Assembly: GCA_030834185.1 (NCBI GenBank)
Contig: JAURFT010000003.1
Coordinates: 1,848-65,847, forward strand
Source of the DNA: Candidatus Nanopelagicales bacterium
GTDB taxonomy: Bacteria > Actinomycetota > Actinomycetes > S36-B12 > UBA5976
Direction of reading: 5' to 3'
DNA length: 64,000 nt
The notes below the pieces were generated by a model. It was not told where the DNA came from. It made no database searches and was given only the letters and a program-made list of their open reading frames with translations. Shown one piece after another: positions 38,277 through 47,202 of this stretch. The translations under genes were made by a program, and so were the position numbers. Every line of letters starts with the position of its first letter. Within the stretch, counting starts at the first letter, position 1.

Positions 38277-39964
38277 CCACATTAGATGATCGTCCATTAA
38301 CTGAATCAGCGACACCAAGGCCCCGTAGGTACACCAAGGGTCAGGCATTTGTTAAGTGGATTACCAGCACCGATCACAAGACTATTGGGTACATGTATCT
38401 AATTACTTCATTTGCATTTTTTGGAATTGCCGGACTTATGGCGCTTGTCATTCGAGCTGAGCTAGCTCAGCCAGGATTGCAGTTTGTTTCCAATGAGCAG
38501 TACAACCAGTTATTTACAATGCATGGAACCATCATGTTGTTCTTGTTTGCAACTCCACTTTTTGTTGGTTTTGGTAATGTGATTATGCCGTTGCAAATCG
38601 GTGCACCTGATGTGGCATTTCCAAGGCTTAACATGCTTGGATTTTGGCTGTTTTTATTTGGTGGATTAATAGTCTTAATGGGATTTTTCACTCCAGGTGG
38701 AGCTGCAGCTTTTGGTTGGTTTGCCTACACGCCGCTATCTACCGCAGCATATAGCCCAGGCGTTGGTGGCGATTTATGGATTATGGGACTGACTCTTAGC
38801 GGGCTAGCTACCATTTTAGGATCGGTAAACTTCATCACCACGCTGCTAACCATGCGCGCTCCTGGTATGACGATGTTTAGAACCTCGATTTTTACCTGGA
38901 CAATTTTTATTACCTCAGTATTGGTATTAATCGCATTCCCAATTCTTGCCGCAGCTTTAATGGGTTTATTTTTGGATAGAAACTTTGGCACCTTGATCTT
39001 TGATCCAGCCCACGGCGGTGCCATTTTGTGGCAGCATCTATTTTGGTTCTTTGGGCATCCTGAGGTTTATATTATTGCGCTGCCATTTTTTGGAATTGCC
39101 TCAGAGATCTTGCCAGTGTTTTCTCGTAAGCCAGTTTTTGGTTATAAAGGCTTGGTTTATGCAACAATGGCAATTGCTGCGCTTTCAGTTGCAGTGTGGG
39201 CGCACCATATGTATGTAACGGGTGCAGTTTCATTATCATTTTTCGCGCTCACAACTATGTTAATTGCGGTTCCAACTGGAGTTAAATTCTTTAACTGGAT
39301 TGGCACCATGTGGCGCGGCTCTATTTCGTTTGAAACTCCGATGCTTTGGACGCTTGGATTTTTGACCACATTCTTATTTGGTGGCCTAACTGGCGTAATG
39401 CTGGCAGCGCCGGCAATTGATTTCCATGTTTCGGATTCCTATTTTGTGGTGGCGCATTTCCACTACACCGTATTTGGCACGGTAGTGTTTATGATGTTTG
39501 CAGGTTTTTATTTCTGGTGGCCAAAAATGACTGGTCGCATGCTGGATGAAAAGCTAGGCAAGCTGCATTTCTGGCTATTATTTATTGGTTTCCACACGAC
39601 GTTTTTAGTGCAGCATTGGTTAGGTGCAGAAGGCATGCCGCGCCGCTACAGCGACTATTTAGCAAGTGATGGCTTCACAACATTAAACGTGATCTCTTCG
39701 GTGGGTGCAGCTATTTTGGGCCTATCGACGCTGCCTTGGCTGTATAACGTTTATCGAACTTGGCGATTTGCACCAAAGGTAACAACTGATGATCCTTGGG
39801 GTTGGGGAATGTCGCTGGAGTGGGCAACAAGCTGTCCGCCACCTCGATACAACTTTGTACAGATTCCTCGAATTCGAAGCGAACGTCCGGCTTTTGATCT
39901 TCATCATCCAGAATATGGAGATGATCCAAATACGAATCCGAACTTAGCTGGAAAGAGTCACTGA
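38273..39964 (+). CDS. ctaD: Cytochrome c oxidase subunit I
   Basis: 563 aa. Heme-copper oxidase motifs WFFGHPEVY and HHMY, and 12 TM helices. Confidence 0.97.
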   Translation: MTTLDDRPLTESATPRPRRYTKGQAFVKWITSTDHKTIGYMYLITSFAFFGIAGLMALVIRAELAQPGLQFVSNEQYNQLFTMHGTIMLFLFATPLFVGFGNVIMPLQIGAPDVAFPRLNMLGFWLFLFGGLIVLMGFFTPGGAAAFGWFAYTPLSTAAYSPGVGGDLWIMGLTLSGLATILGSVNFITTLLTMRAPGMTMFRTSIFTWTIFITSVLVLIAFPILAAALMGLFLDRNFGTLIFDPAHGGAILWQHLFWFFGHPEVYIIALPFFGIASEILPVFSRKPVFGYKGLVYATMAIAALSVAVWAHHMYVTGAVSLSFFALTTMLIAVPTGVKFFNWIGTMWRGSISFETPMLWTLGFLTTFLFGGLTGVMLAAPAIDFHVSDSYFVVAHFHYTVFGTVVFMMFAGFYFWWPKMTGRMLDEKLGKLHFWLLFIGFHTTFLVQHWLGAEGMPRRYSDYLASDGFTTLNVISSVGAAILGLSTLPWLYNVYRTWRFAPKVTTDDPWGWGMSLEWATSCPPPRYNFVQIPRIRSERPAFDLHHPEYGDDPNTNPNLAGKSH

Positions 39965-40365
39965 TGAAATCTGGTGGCATGCTTTATATGGCAGGAGCAC
40001 TTTTTTACTTCGCAGTTTCTGCAATTTATTTTGTTTGGACCGGTGAAGTTGTTGGCACAACTGGACTGTTGCTAACTGGCTTTCTAGCGCTGCTAACCGG
40101 CTTTTATGTGCTCTTTACAGTTCGTCGATTAGGTGAAGGTCCAGAAGATCTTGAAGATGCTGAGATCGCAGATGCTGATCCAGACTATGGTTTTTATTCA
40201 CCAAGCTCCTGGTGGCCGCTACCGGTGGCATTTAGCGCAGCGGTGATCTCAGTTGGGCTGATTTTTGCAGTCTGGCTAGTGCTGCTTGGTGTAATTACTT
40301 TGTTTATTAGCTTGGGCGGTTGGATGCTTGAGTACTACCGAGGCCCTAGGTTGCCTGAAGCTTAA
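39964..40365 (+). CDS. ctaF: Cytochrome c oxidase subunit IV (actinobacterial CtaF)
   Basis: 133 aa with 4 TM helices. Directly follows ctaD with a TGATG overlap. Confidence 0.8.
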   Translation: MKSGGMLYMAGALFYFAVSAIYFVWTGEVVGTTGLLLTGFLALLTGFYVLFTVRRLGEGPEDLEDAEIADADPDYGFYSPSSWWPLPVAFSAAVISVGLIFAVWLVLLGVITLFISLGGWMLEYYRGPRLPEA

Positions 40366-40993
40366 TAGTTGTAACCGCATTAGCAGAGATTTGTTGTGCC
40401 AGCCTGGCATTTAAGCTGGCAGCAGCTGCAGCGCCGATAAATAATGGCAAAGCTGCGCCAGCTTTTGCCGGCAGCAATTTACTTCCCACCTTAATAATTA
40501 CTCGCTGGGATAGTTTGTTGTTCAAATTCGCAAGAAAGTTATCCGCTACATCAGTTGTTTTGCTCAACTCATTTGGTTCGCCAAGAAATGAACTAAGCAC
40601 AGTAAGGCGTCTGAGTTCAATATCGTCTAACTGCAGGTCATGTAAGGCGGCAATTAATAAAATGTGATTAACGCTCACTTTGCCAAAAAAATATAGATCA
40701 GCGGCAGTGCTTCCTATAGTGCTTAAAAAACCAAAAAAGGGTGCAGCAGCTATCGCACCAGATGCTGCACCAGCTGCGCTAACTTGAATCAGGTAATTAT
40801 TTGTGGCGTTCTTAATAAGTTGGTCTTGGGTGAAGTTTGGATTTTCGCTGCGCAAGCGTGCTGCAGCTGCCCAGGACTTTGCATATTGATCAGCTATAGC
40901 AGCATCTCCACCTCGAAGGAAAACACTGCCTAGCTGTTTGACTGCATCAGATTTTGAGTTCACCTCAGAAGGGTAGATCATCACCTGTATCAA
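40346..40993 (-). CDS. Hypothetical protein, possibly EcsC-like; third gene of the nuclease operon
   Basis: 215 aa with two Gly/Ala-rich hydrophobic stretches (AAGAASGAIAAAPFFGFLSTIGSTAADLYFFG; AGAALPLFIGAAAAAS). The block IAALHDLQLDDIELRR recalls EcsC-family proteins. The start (TTG 40993 or ATG 40981) overlaps the end of the upstream gene. The 3' end overlaps ctaF by 20 nt. Confidence 0.4.
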   Translation of the reverse strand: MIQVMIYPSEVNSKSDAVKQLGSVFLRGGDAAIADQYAKSWAAAARLRSENPNFTQDQLIKNATNNYLIQVSAAGAASGAIAAAPFFGFLSTIGSTAADLYFFGKVSVNHILLIAALHDLQLDDIELRRLTVLSSFLGEPNELSKTTDVADNFLANLNNKLSQRVIIKVGSKLLPAKAGAALPLFIGAAAAASLNARLAQQISANAVTTIKLQAT

Positions 40994-42722
40994 CCGCTTC
41001 CACCAAGGCTAGGGCTCGGACTAACGCATCTATGGCAACAGGCTGCGTAGTTATGACCTCACCGGTAACCAGATCTACCTCAAGGCCGTCAGCTAGTTTC
41101 TCTGTAGTAGTTTGCGGATTAGTTACCCGCTGATCGCACCAAGCGCTAACCGGGCAGCTCAAGCAAGCTGTTCCCGGATTGGGTGCAAAGCTCTCATCAT
41201 GATGTAGCTGATCGAAATTTATGGCAATTGAACGGCGAGCAGCAAGCACGATGCTTGCATCTGCAACATCAAATGAAATTAGCTTTCCTGATTCAGGGGT
41301 TAATAGCTCCAATTCGACAAATCCGCCGACCTCTTCTTGTATGCAAATTGCAAATGCAACCTGCGGATACAACAATAAATATTCATTAGCCGTTAGTTCT
41401 TGAATAACGGCTGTAGTTTTTAATTCACGCCAAATTGGCACACCAGCTCGAGTGCCAAGCTCATCAGCTCGAGTTGTGATTACCACATCAGCATCGCTAT
41501 CCCAAACCGTCTTAGATTGCTCGCTTTCTAGTTTGGTATAACTGTGTTGATATGGGCAGAGCGCAAAATGACTAGTTATCCAGTTGCGAGCTTGATCTAG
41601 ATAGGTTATTGGCCAACCCAGACTTTCTGCTATTTCACCCAGCTGTCCAGCTGGCAGGTCAGCGGCGGTGCAGGCTTGTTCGCGTTGGTGCGCTTTCATG
41701 ATCCATTCATGAACCGCGTTACCTCGATCGATGGCCGCATTTGATTCGAAAGCTTTTTTAGGAAGTTTCAAGACATATGTTAAGAAATACTGATAGTTAC
41801 ACCTTTGATACGAACTTAGCATCGAGCGCGAGAGGGATTTAGAGATTTTACCTGCGGTTGGAAGTCCTAGGAATCCTGGAATTTTTACAATTGCAGGGCA
41901 ACTAATTCGAAACCGACACTCAACGCAGTTATTGCCTGGCTGAAATTCAGGAGCCAACAAAAAATCTTGAACAATGGTTGAAACTCCGCCAACAAATGCC
42001 GCCGCAGATGACGCATCCCCATCAAAAAGCGTGGCAGCTGAACTATCCAAGCAACCAATTTGGCGCACTCTAACTCTGAGCGGGGGATTAGTTGGCAGCG
42101 TCTGGTGTGGGTCGGTCCAGCGGGCAATCGGCCCATCGGTGATGGCCCCATTTAATAAAATATTTACAGCCGCTATCAATTGGTTTCTATCTCGAGTAGT
42201 TTGGGCATCTCGATAGCAGAATAATCTAAGTTCTCTAATGGTTTTATCTACGCTTTGATAAAAAACACCCCAGTTGGTGAGCTCTAATCGCTGATTATCA
42301 GTAGTTGCGACACAAACAAAATCTGCAGTTGGCTGCATCACTTGGTCAACAGCTAAATCTTCAGCAGCAAAATCTTCAGTGGCATTTAGGGCATTTTGCA
42401 CCATTGTTTTTGCAGCTAATAAACTCGGTTCAGTCGCATCAGTACCAAGCTCTGCCGCAATTACTTCAGCTAGATTCGTCGGTGTTCGCTGTGCTGCTAA
42501 CACAGTGCGCGCTGCACCTAATAAAAATACTGCTCGGGGATCTTTGCGCTGGGACCAATCGCGGGCCTCGGTGTAAAGTCCAACATAGGCTTTAGCAACT
42601 TTTTCGACAGCGCAGCTTCCAGTTACATTTTTAAGGGCAGATGAACTAACTCGGATTAATGATGCCGATCCATTAGTTTTCCATGGTGGTTGCCACAGTT
42701 GTAGATCAGCTAGATTAATCAT
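40965..42722 (-). CDS. Tandem two-module PD-(D/E)XK (Cas4/AddB-type, 4-Cys) nuclease-like protein with an SSB-tail-like C-terminus
   Basis: Module 2: C308, GNAVH338, D420, E433-L-K435, C520-x2-C523-x5-C529. Module 1: C37 and C266-x2-C269-x5-C275, but D134...E147-L-T149 (no Lys). Ends ...DTGDDLPF. Confidence 0.6.
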   Translation of the reverse strand: MINLADLQLWQPPWKTNGSASLIRVSSSALKNVTGSCAVEKVAKAYVGLYTEARDWSQRKDPRAVFLLGAARTVLAAQRTPTNLAEVIAAELGTDATEPSLLAAKTMVQNALNATEDFAAEDLAVDQVMQPTADFVCVATTDNQRLELTNWGVFYQSVDKTIRELRLFCYRDAQTTRDRNQLIAAVNILLNGAITDGPIARWTDPHQTLPTNPPLRVRVRQIGCLDSSAATLFDGDASSAAAFVGGVSTIVQDFLLAPEFQPGNNCVECRFRISCPAIVKIPGFLGLPTAGKISKSLSRSMLSSYQRCNYQYFLTYVLKLPKKAFESNAAIDRGNAVHEWIMKAHQREQACTAADLPAGQLGEIAESLGWPITYLDQARNWITSHFALCPYQHSYTKLESEQSKTVWDSDADVVITTRADELGTRAGVPIWRELKTTAVIQELTANEYLLLYPQVAFAICIQEEVGGFVELELLTPESGKLISFDVADASIVLAARRSIAINFDQLHHDESFAPNPGTACLSCPVSAWCDQRVTNPQTTTEKLADGLEVDLVTGEVITTQPVAIDALVRALALVEAVDTGDDLPF

Positions 42723-43663
42723 TATTCACTCAATTCAAGCGGGAGTAAATCTAGCGGGTTTGGTTCAGCTGCTACGGCGGAAATTTTGCGCTGCAAACCA
42801 GTTTGGCTTAACAGCTGCTGCGATGCGGCTGAACCAGGTGGTGGTGAAGTTTTTTGGTGGGCGGGGCATACTGGTTTAAACGGGCAGTAACTGCACAGCC
42901 GAGATGGTTGCGCTAGCCATTTGGCGGTTTTAAATGACTCATCAATCTGAGAGCGAGTTTCCACAAGCACCTCAGTTACCCGCTCTATTGCCGCTGGATA
43001 CACAGGTCTGCGGACAGCTTGTTTATCCGGAAGAAAAAGCAGCTCAACTTCTTCAACGCCTGGATCTGAACCATCATTTATCGCTGCTGCATAAAACATT
43101 ACCTGCTGCACATAATCATCCAGCGGAGCTCCCGTGGGCTTTTTCCCAGTCTTGTAGTCGGTAACTCGGTCAACTGGTTTTCTAGTTCTACGATCTAACC
43201 TGCCATGAAATAAAACGCCAGCAAGCTGGGCATCTACATCAGATTCGATATCTTTTAAATCAACCTCAATCTCAGTTGGTTTCTCAAGCTCAAAATATCC
43301 CGTGAGTGCTAAATCAGCTCGTTTGCGAACATCGTCACGATTTGCACCACGGCCTAGATGTTCATACTCAGGCTTCAGTAACAAATCTTTACCAATGGTG
43401 CCCATGATCGCCCAAGCGTTCTCAAAGCTTCGATCAGGCTGTGGTAATCGATACAAGCCTTCTAAAGTGTCATGCACAATTGTTCCAGCCGCTAAAGCTG
43501 GGGTTGGTGGTTCGCGCCAACCCAGTAAATATGAAAACCAATATCGCAGCGCACATTTCCGAAAGGCTGAAATCTGGGTTGGCGATAATCTGATACTGGG
43601 ATTGCCAGCATCAGTTAAATCAACATCTACTTCAATAGATTGAAATCCGTTCCTTGCGCTCAT
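42722..43663 (-). CDS. Cas4/AddB-type PD-(D/E)XK nuclease with a 4-Cys (Fe-S) signature
   Basis: C37, G60-x3-H64, GRLD157, D169-Y-K171, Q187-x3-Y191 and C257-x2-C260-x5-C266. TAATG overlap with the downstream gene. Confidence 0.75.
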   Translation of the reverse strand: MSARNGFQSIEVDVDLTDAGNPSIRLSPTQISAFRKCALRYWFSYLLGWREPPTPALAAGTIVHDTLEGLYRLPQPDRSFENAWAIMGTIGKDLLLKPEYEHLGRGANRDDVRKRADLALTGYFELEKPTEIEVDLKDIESDVDAQLAGVLFHGRLDRRTRKPVDRVTDYKTGKKPTGAPLDDYVQQVMFYAAAINDGSDPGVEEVELLFLPDKQAVRRPVYPAAIERVTEVLVETRSQIDESFKTAKWLAQPSRLCSYCPFKPVCPAHQKTSPPPGSAASQQLLSQTGLQRKISAVAAEPNPLDLLPLELSE

Positions 43664-43686
43664 CTAGGCTCACTTAATTATTAGTT

Positions 43687-43714
43687 ACCCTACGGTACGC
43701 GCAGCCAGTGACAA
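43687..43714 (-). promoter_or_regulatory. Candidate sigma-A promoter of the nuclease operon
   Basis: The minus strand reads TTGTCA, a 16-nt spacer, then TAGGGT (TANNNT-type -10), 24 nt upstream of ATG 43663. This is a pattern match only. Confidence 0.3.
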
Positions 43715-43747
43715 TTACCAGTAAATCAACCTATTTTTTCCACCTAT

Positions 43748-44134
43748 TTAGGAATTTGCGCCGCTTAAGGTAAGGGCAAGCTGATCCCAGCGGGCCATTT
43801 CACAGCCATCAGTTCGAGTAAATTTGCGTTTGATCGGCGCACCAGCCCAGCGCCCAGTAACAATTGCCGTTTGTTCGCCGCCGTAAATTTTGGTGCAGAT
43901 CTCAGATTTTGGTGGCTTCTTAAATGGCAGCACTGCCGCTTTAAGTTCAGTGCATGCCAGTTTCGCCGCTGGATGGTTGCCAGCAGCAGGTCGACATTGC
44001 AATCTCCAATGCACAGCTTTTGCATCTGCAGCTGATTTATAGCTAATTTTTAGCTGGTAGTTCTGATTTGCAAAACTAGGGGAGAAGCTCAAATTAAAAC
44101 AACAAACTAAAACAACAATAACTAATTTTCGCAT
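43748..44134 (-). CDS. Secreted subtilisin-inhibitor-like (SSI-domain) protein
   Basis: A signal peptide followed by the SSI pattern LQCRPAAGNHPAAKLAC...CTKIYGGEQTAIVTGRWAGAPIKRKFTRTDGCEMARW, with two Cys pairs. Confidence 0.7.
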   Translation of the reverse strand: MRKLVIVVLVCCFNLSFSPSFANQNYQLKISYKSAADAKAVHWRLQCRPAAGNHPAAKLACTELKAAVLPFKKPPKSEICTKIYGGEQTAIVTGRWAGAPIKRKFTRTDGCEMARWDQLALTLSGANS

Positions 44135-45450
44135 CAGATCCTCGCTGGTTGATCATTGCCAGCTTCTGCAATGGCTTGTCGAATATTCACTCTAGCTAAA
44201 AGCAGTCCACCTGCAATAAAGAATACAATCAACGCCAAAATTGAAGTTCGGTAACTTCCAGTTAAAGTTAAGCTTAAACCAAATAAGAATGTACCTATCC
44301 AAGATGTGCCGCGCTCTGCAATCTCGTAAACCGCAAAATACTGAGCTTCCTGAGTTTTTGGAATCATCTGACTAAACAGTGATCGTGATAAAGCTTGTGA
44401 GCCTCCAAGCACTAAACCAATTAAGGCTGCAAGTAGGTAGTAAAAAATAGCTTCTTCTTTGGGTATGAAATAAGCCATAATCACCGCAAAAGTCCAAACC
44501 ACTAACGAAACTAACAAAACTTTTCGGCTACCAAATATTGCAGCAGCTTTACCTAGCGAGAGCGCACCAGCAAGCGCTACAAACTGCACAATCAAGATGG
44601 CTAAAATTAAATCAGATTGTGGAAGTAAAAGCTCAATTGCAGCATAAGTGCCAGCTAGCGCGATTACAGTTTGAATGCCATCGTTATACAGCAAATAGGC
44701 GATTAAAAATTTTAGTGTTTGTGGATACTTTCGTGCATCTTTAGCAGTTGCAACCAGTTGGCCAATAGTGAGCTTGAGATTGCTCACCCCCATTTTTCCT
44801 TGGGATCGATTCAACCCAGTAAGTCCGCGTAGCGATACCAATGTGAAAAGCAACCACCAGGTACCAGCGCTAACAATTGAGATTCGTACCGCAAAAGATT
44901 CTGCGATACCAATTGATTCGGCTGTTAAAAATAGCGCAACGTTTGCCAGCAGCAAACTTCCGCCGCCAAGATATCCAAGCCCCCAGCCTTTAGACGAAAC
45001 AGCATCGCGCTGATCAGCTGTTGCGATATCTGGTAGGTAGGAGTTATAAACCACAATTGATGAGCCAAATGCCACATTTGCAATCACTAAAAGTAATGAA
45101 CCAAATTGGTAGGTATCTGCAGTAACAAAATACATCAACATCGTTGCAACAGATCCCAGCAGCGCAAATGCGCCAAGCAGATTAGTTCTGCTTTTAACAT
45201 GATCAGCAAGCGCTCCTACTATGGGCAGCGTAATTACTTGCAACAGCACTGAAATTGAGATCGTGTAGGGAAATAAGCTCTCAGCTGCCATTGGAATACC
45301 CAGCACCGAGATAAACCCATTGCTGTTGGCCTGGTCCTGCGCTAATCCAGTTAGGTATGGCCCAAGAAAAACCGAGATAACAGTGGTTGAGAAGGCGGAA
45401 TTGGCAAAGTCATACATATACCAAGAGCGCTGAATGCGGTTTGATCTCAT
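44134..45450 (-). CDS. MFS transporter (UMF1/Atg22-like)
   Basis: 438 aa, 12 TM segments, N-terminal SWYMYDFANSAF motif. Confidence 0.8.
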   Translation of the reverse strand: MRSNRIQRSWYMYDFANSAFSTTVISVFLGPYLTGLAQDQANSNGFISVLGIPMAAESLFPYTISISVLLQVITLPIVGALADHVKSRTNLLGAFALLGSVATMLMYFVTADTYQFGSLLLVIANVAFGSSIVVYNSYLPDIATADQRDAVSSKGWGLGYLGGGSLLLANVALFLTAESIGIAESFAVRISIVSAGTWWLLFTLVSLRGLTGLNRSQGKMGVSNLKLTIGQLVATAKDARKYPQTLKFLIAYLLYNDGIQTVIALAGTYAAIELLLPQSDLILAILIVQFVALAGALSLGKAAAIFGSRKVLLVSLVVWTFAVIMAYFIPKEEAIFYYLLAALIGLVLGGSQALSRSLFSQMIPKTQEAQYFAVYEIAERGTSWIGTFLFGLSLTLTGSYRTSILALIVFFIAGGLLLARVNIRQAIAEAGNDQPARI

Positions 45451-45498
45451 GGGCCTAGTTTGGCCAATAAAACCAATTTAGTCTCTTAAAACACTGAA

Positions 45499-47202
45499 TT
45501 AATGACTTTTTGTTGGCTCTGGTAAATCATGGGTAATCTCAAGCCCCAACGCCTGCGCCTCTTGCAGCTCGTGCACCGCATGGTGCTTGGCGGCCTCAAG
45601 TTCAGCGATGGTTGGCATTGGGATTTGATCAACATACCACCAGCGATTCAAGCGGTGCTGCAGCTTCTTAGCCCAAAGCTTTGGCGTTTTAACGCCGCTT
45701 TGATCAACTTCAGCTGGAGGTTGCAACATTGGCAGCTCAGTGCGCGCCAGCAACACAGCTTTAACATTGTCGCTTAGCGGTTCGTGGACCTCAATGAACT
45801 CACCACTTGGCAAGCGAAGCAATCTACCAGTTGGATCACCATGCAGTAAGCGTTCTTTGTCGCTGTGCTGCAAGGACAAACAGATGCGCTTAGTAATCAC
45901 AAAAGCTAGCGGCGGAGCTACAAAAATCGCTACTCGAATAAGTCTAGTCATATCGTTAATTGATAAATCCAACATCTGCGCGATGATGTCATTTCCGCCA
46001 GCAATCCAAAGCAGGCCATAAAACGTTAACGACATCACGCCAATTCCGGTTCGATTTGGATTATTGCGTGGTCGCTCCAAGATGTGGTGCGCGCGGTTGT
46101 CGCCAGTAATCCACTGCTCAATCCATGGATACAGCGCCAGCAGCGTAAACATGATGCCAGGCACCACAACTGCAGGAATCAAAATATTTAAACTCAACGT
46201 GCCAATGCCAGCGATCACAATTTCCCAGTTTGGCATGATGCGAGTGCCACCATCAAGCCATCCGATATACCAGTCAGGTTGCGAGCCAGCAGTAACTTGA
46301 TCAGGCATATAAGGGCCATATGCCCAAAGTGGGTTAATAGTTACTAATCCTGCTAGCAGCACTAAAAATCCAAATACAATAAAGAAGAAGCCACCAGCTT
46401 TTGCCATATAAGCTGGCATTAGCGGATACCCAACCACGTTGTTATTGGTGCGACCTGGGCCTGGATACTGAGTGTGCTTTTGGAACCAGACCAACATTAA
46501 ATGTGCGGTTATTAGAGCTAACATAATTCCTGGAATTATCAGCACGTGAAGCGTGTAAAGCCGCGACATGAAATCAAGTCCAGGAAATTCGCCACCAAAA
46601 ACTAAGAATGACACATAAGTGCCAATGACCGGAATTGCCAACGCGATGCCAGAGGCGATTCGAATGCCAGTTCCGCTAAGTAGATCATCTGGCAATGAGT
46701 AGCCAGAAAAACCTTCAAAAATTGCCAGCACTAGCAGGCCAACGCCAATCACCCAATTTAACTCGCGAGGTTTGCGAAACGCACCAGTGAAGAAAACTCG
46801 GAGCAGGTGAACTGTGATTGCAGCTACAAACAGCAGCGCACCCCAGTGGTGAACCTGACGCATCAATAGCCCGCCTCGAACATCAAATGAGATTTCCAGC
46901 GTTGAGGCATATGCCTCACTCATTTTGATTCCTTTAAGCGGTAGATATGAGCCATCGTAAACAATTTCAATTAGGGATGGCTTATAAAAAAATGTTAAAT
47001 AAACACCAGAAAGCAACAAAATTATAAATGAGTAAAGTGCAATCTCGCCGAGCATAAAGGACCAATGGTCAGGGAACACCTTCTTGATGTTGCGCTTGAT
47101 GAAGCCAGATGTGCCATAGCGTTCGTCTAGATACTTAATGCCGCCATCGATTGATTTATCAACAGGTCCGCGGGTGATCTCAGTGCTCATTAACGCTCCC
47201 AA
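45499..47202 (-). CDS. qcrB: Cytochrome bc1 complex cytochrome b subunit
   Basis: 567 aa. Heme-ligand histidine contexts (RQVHHWGALLF, LYTLHVLIIP) and the actinobacterial C-terminal extension. Confidence 0.95.
   Translation of the reverse strand: MGALMSTEITRGPVDKSIDGGIKYLDERYGTSGFIKRNIKKVFPDHWSFMLGEIALYSFIILLLSGVYLTFFYKPSLIEIVYDGSYLPLKGIKMSEAYASTLEISFDVRGGLLMRQVHHWGALLFVAAITVHLLRVFFTGAFRKPRELNWVIGVGLLVLAIFEGFSGYSLPDDLLSGTGIRIASGIALAIPVIGTYVSFLVFGGEFPGLDFMSRLYTLHVLIIPGIMLALITAHLMLVWFQKHTQYPGPGRTNNNVVGYPLMPAYMAKAGGFFFIVFGFLVLLAGLVTINPLWAYGPYMPDQVTAGSQPDWYIGWLDGGTRIMPNWEIVIAGIGTLSLNILIPAVVVPGIMFTLLALYPWIEQWITGDNRAHHILERPRNNPNRTGIGVMSLTFYGLLWIAGGNDIIAQMLDLSINDMTRLIRVAIFVAPPLAFVITKRICLSLQHSDKERLLHGDPTGRLLRLPSGEFIEVHEPLSDNVKAVLLARTELPMLQPPAEVDQSGVKTPKLWAKKLQHRLNRWWYVDQIPMPTIAELEAAKHHAVHELQEAQALGLEITHDLPEPTKSH

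Noticed and set aside
40346-40376. An imperfect direct repeat at both borders of the nuclease trio (CTAGGTTGCC..CTTAATAGTTGTAACC at 40346-40376 versus CTAGGCTCACTTAATTATTAGTTACCC at 43664-43690) that could be attachment-site scars
   Set aside because: Only short blocks match (CTAGG, CTTAAT, TAGTT) and indels are needed. I found it post hoc. No integrase or tRNA is nearby, and I could see no compositional shift by eye, so this is not enough to call a mobile island.
40346-43663. Interpreting the nuclease pair as fragments of AdnAB/AddAB, or as a pseudogenised helicase-nuclease
   Set aside because: Both ORFs are intact and tightly coupled. There are no Walker A/B or SF1 helicase motifs in any frame of the locus, and no frame disruptions suggest decay. 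They are therefore treated as a distinct motor-less module pending a homology search.
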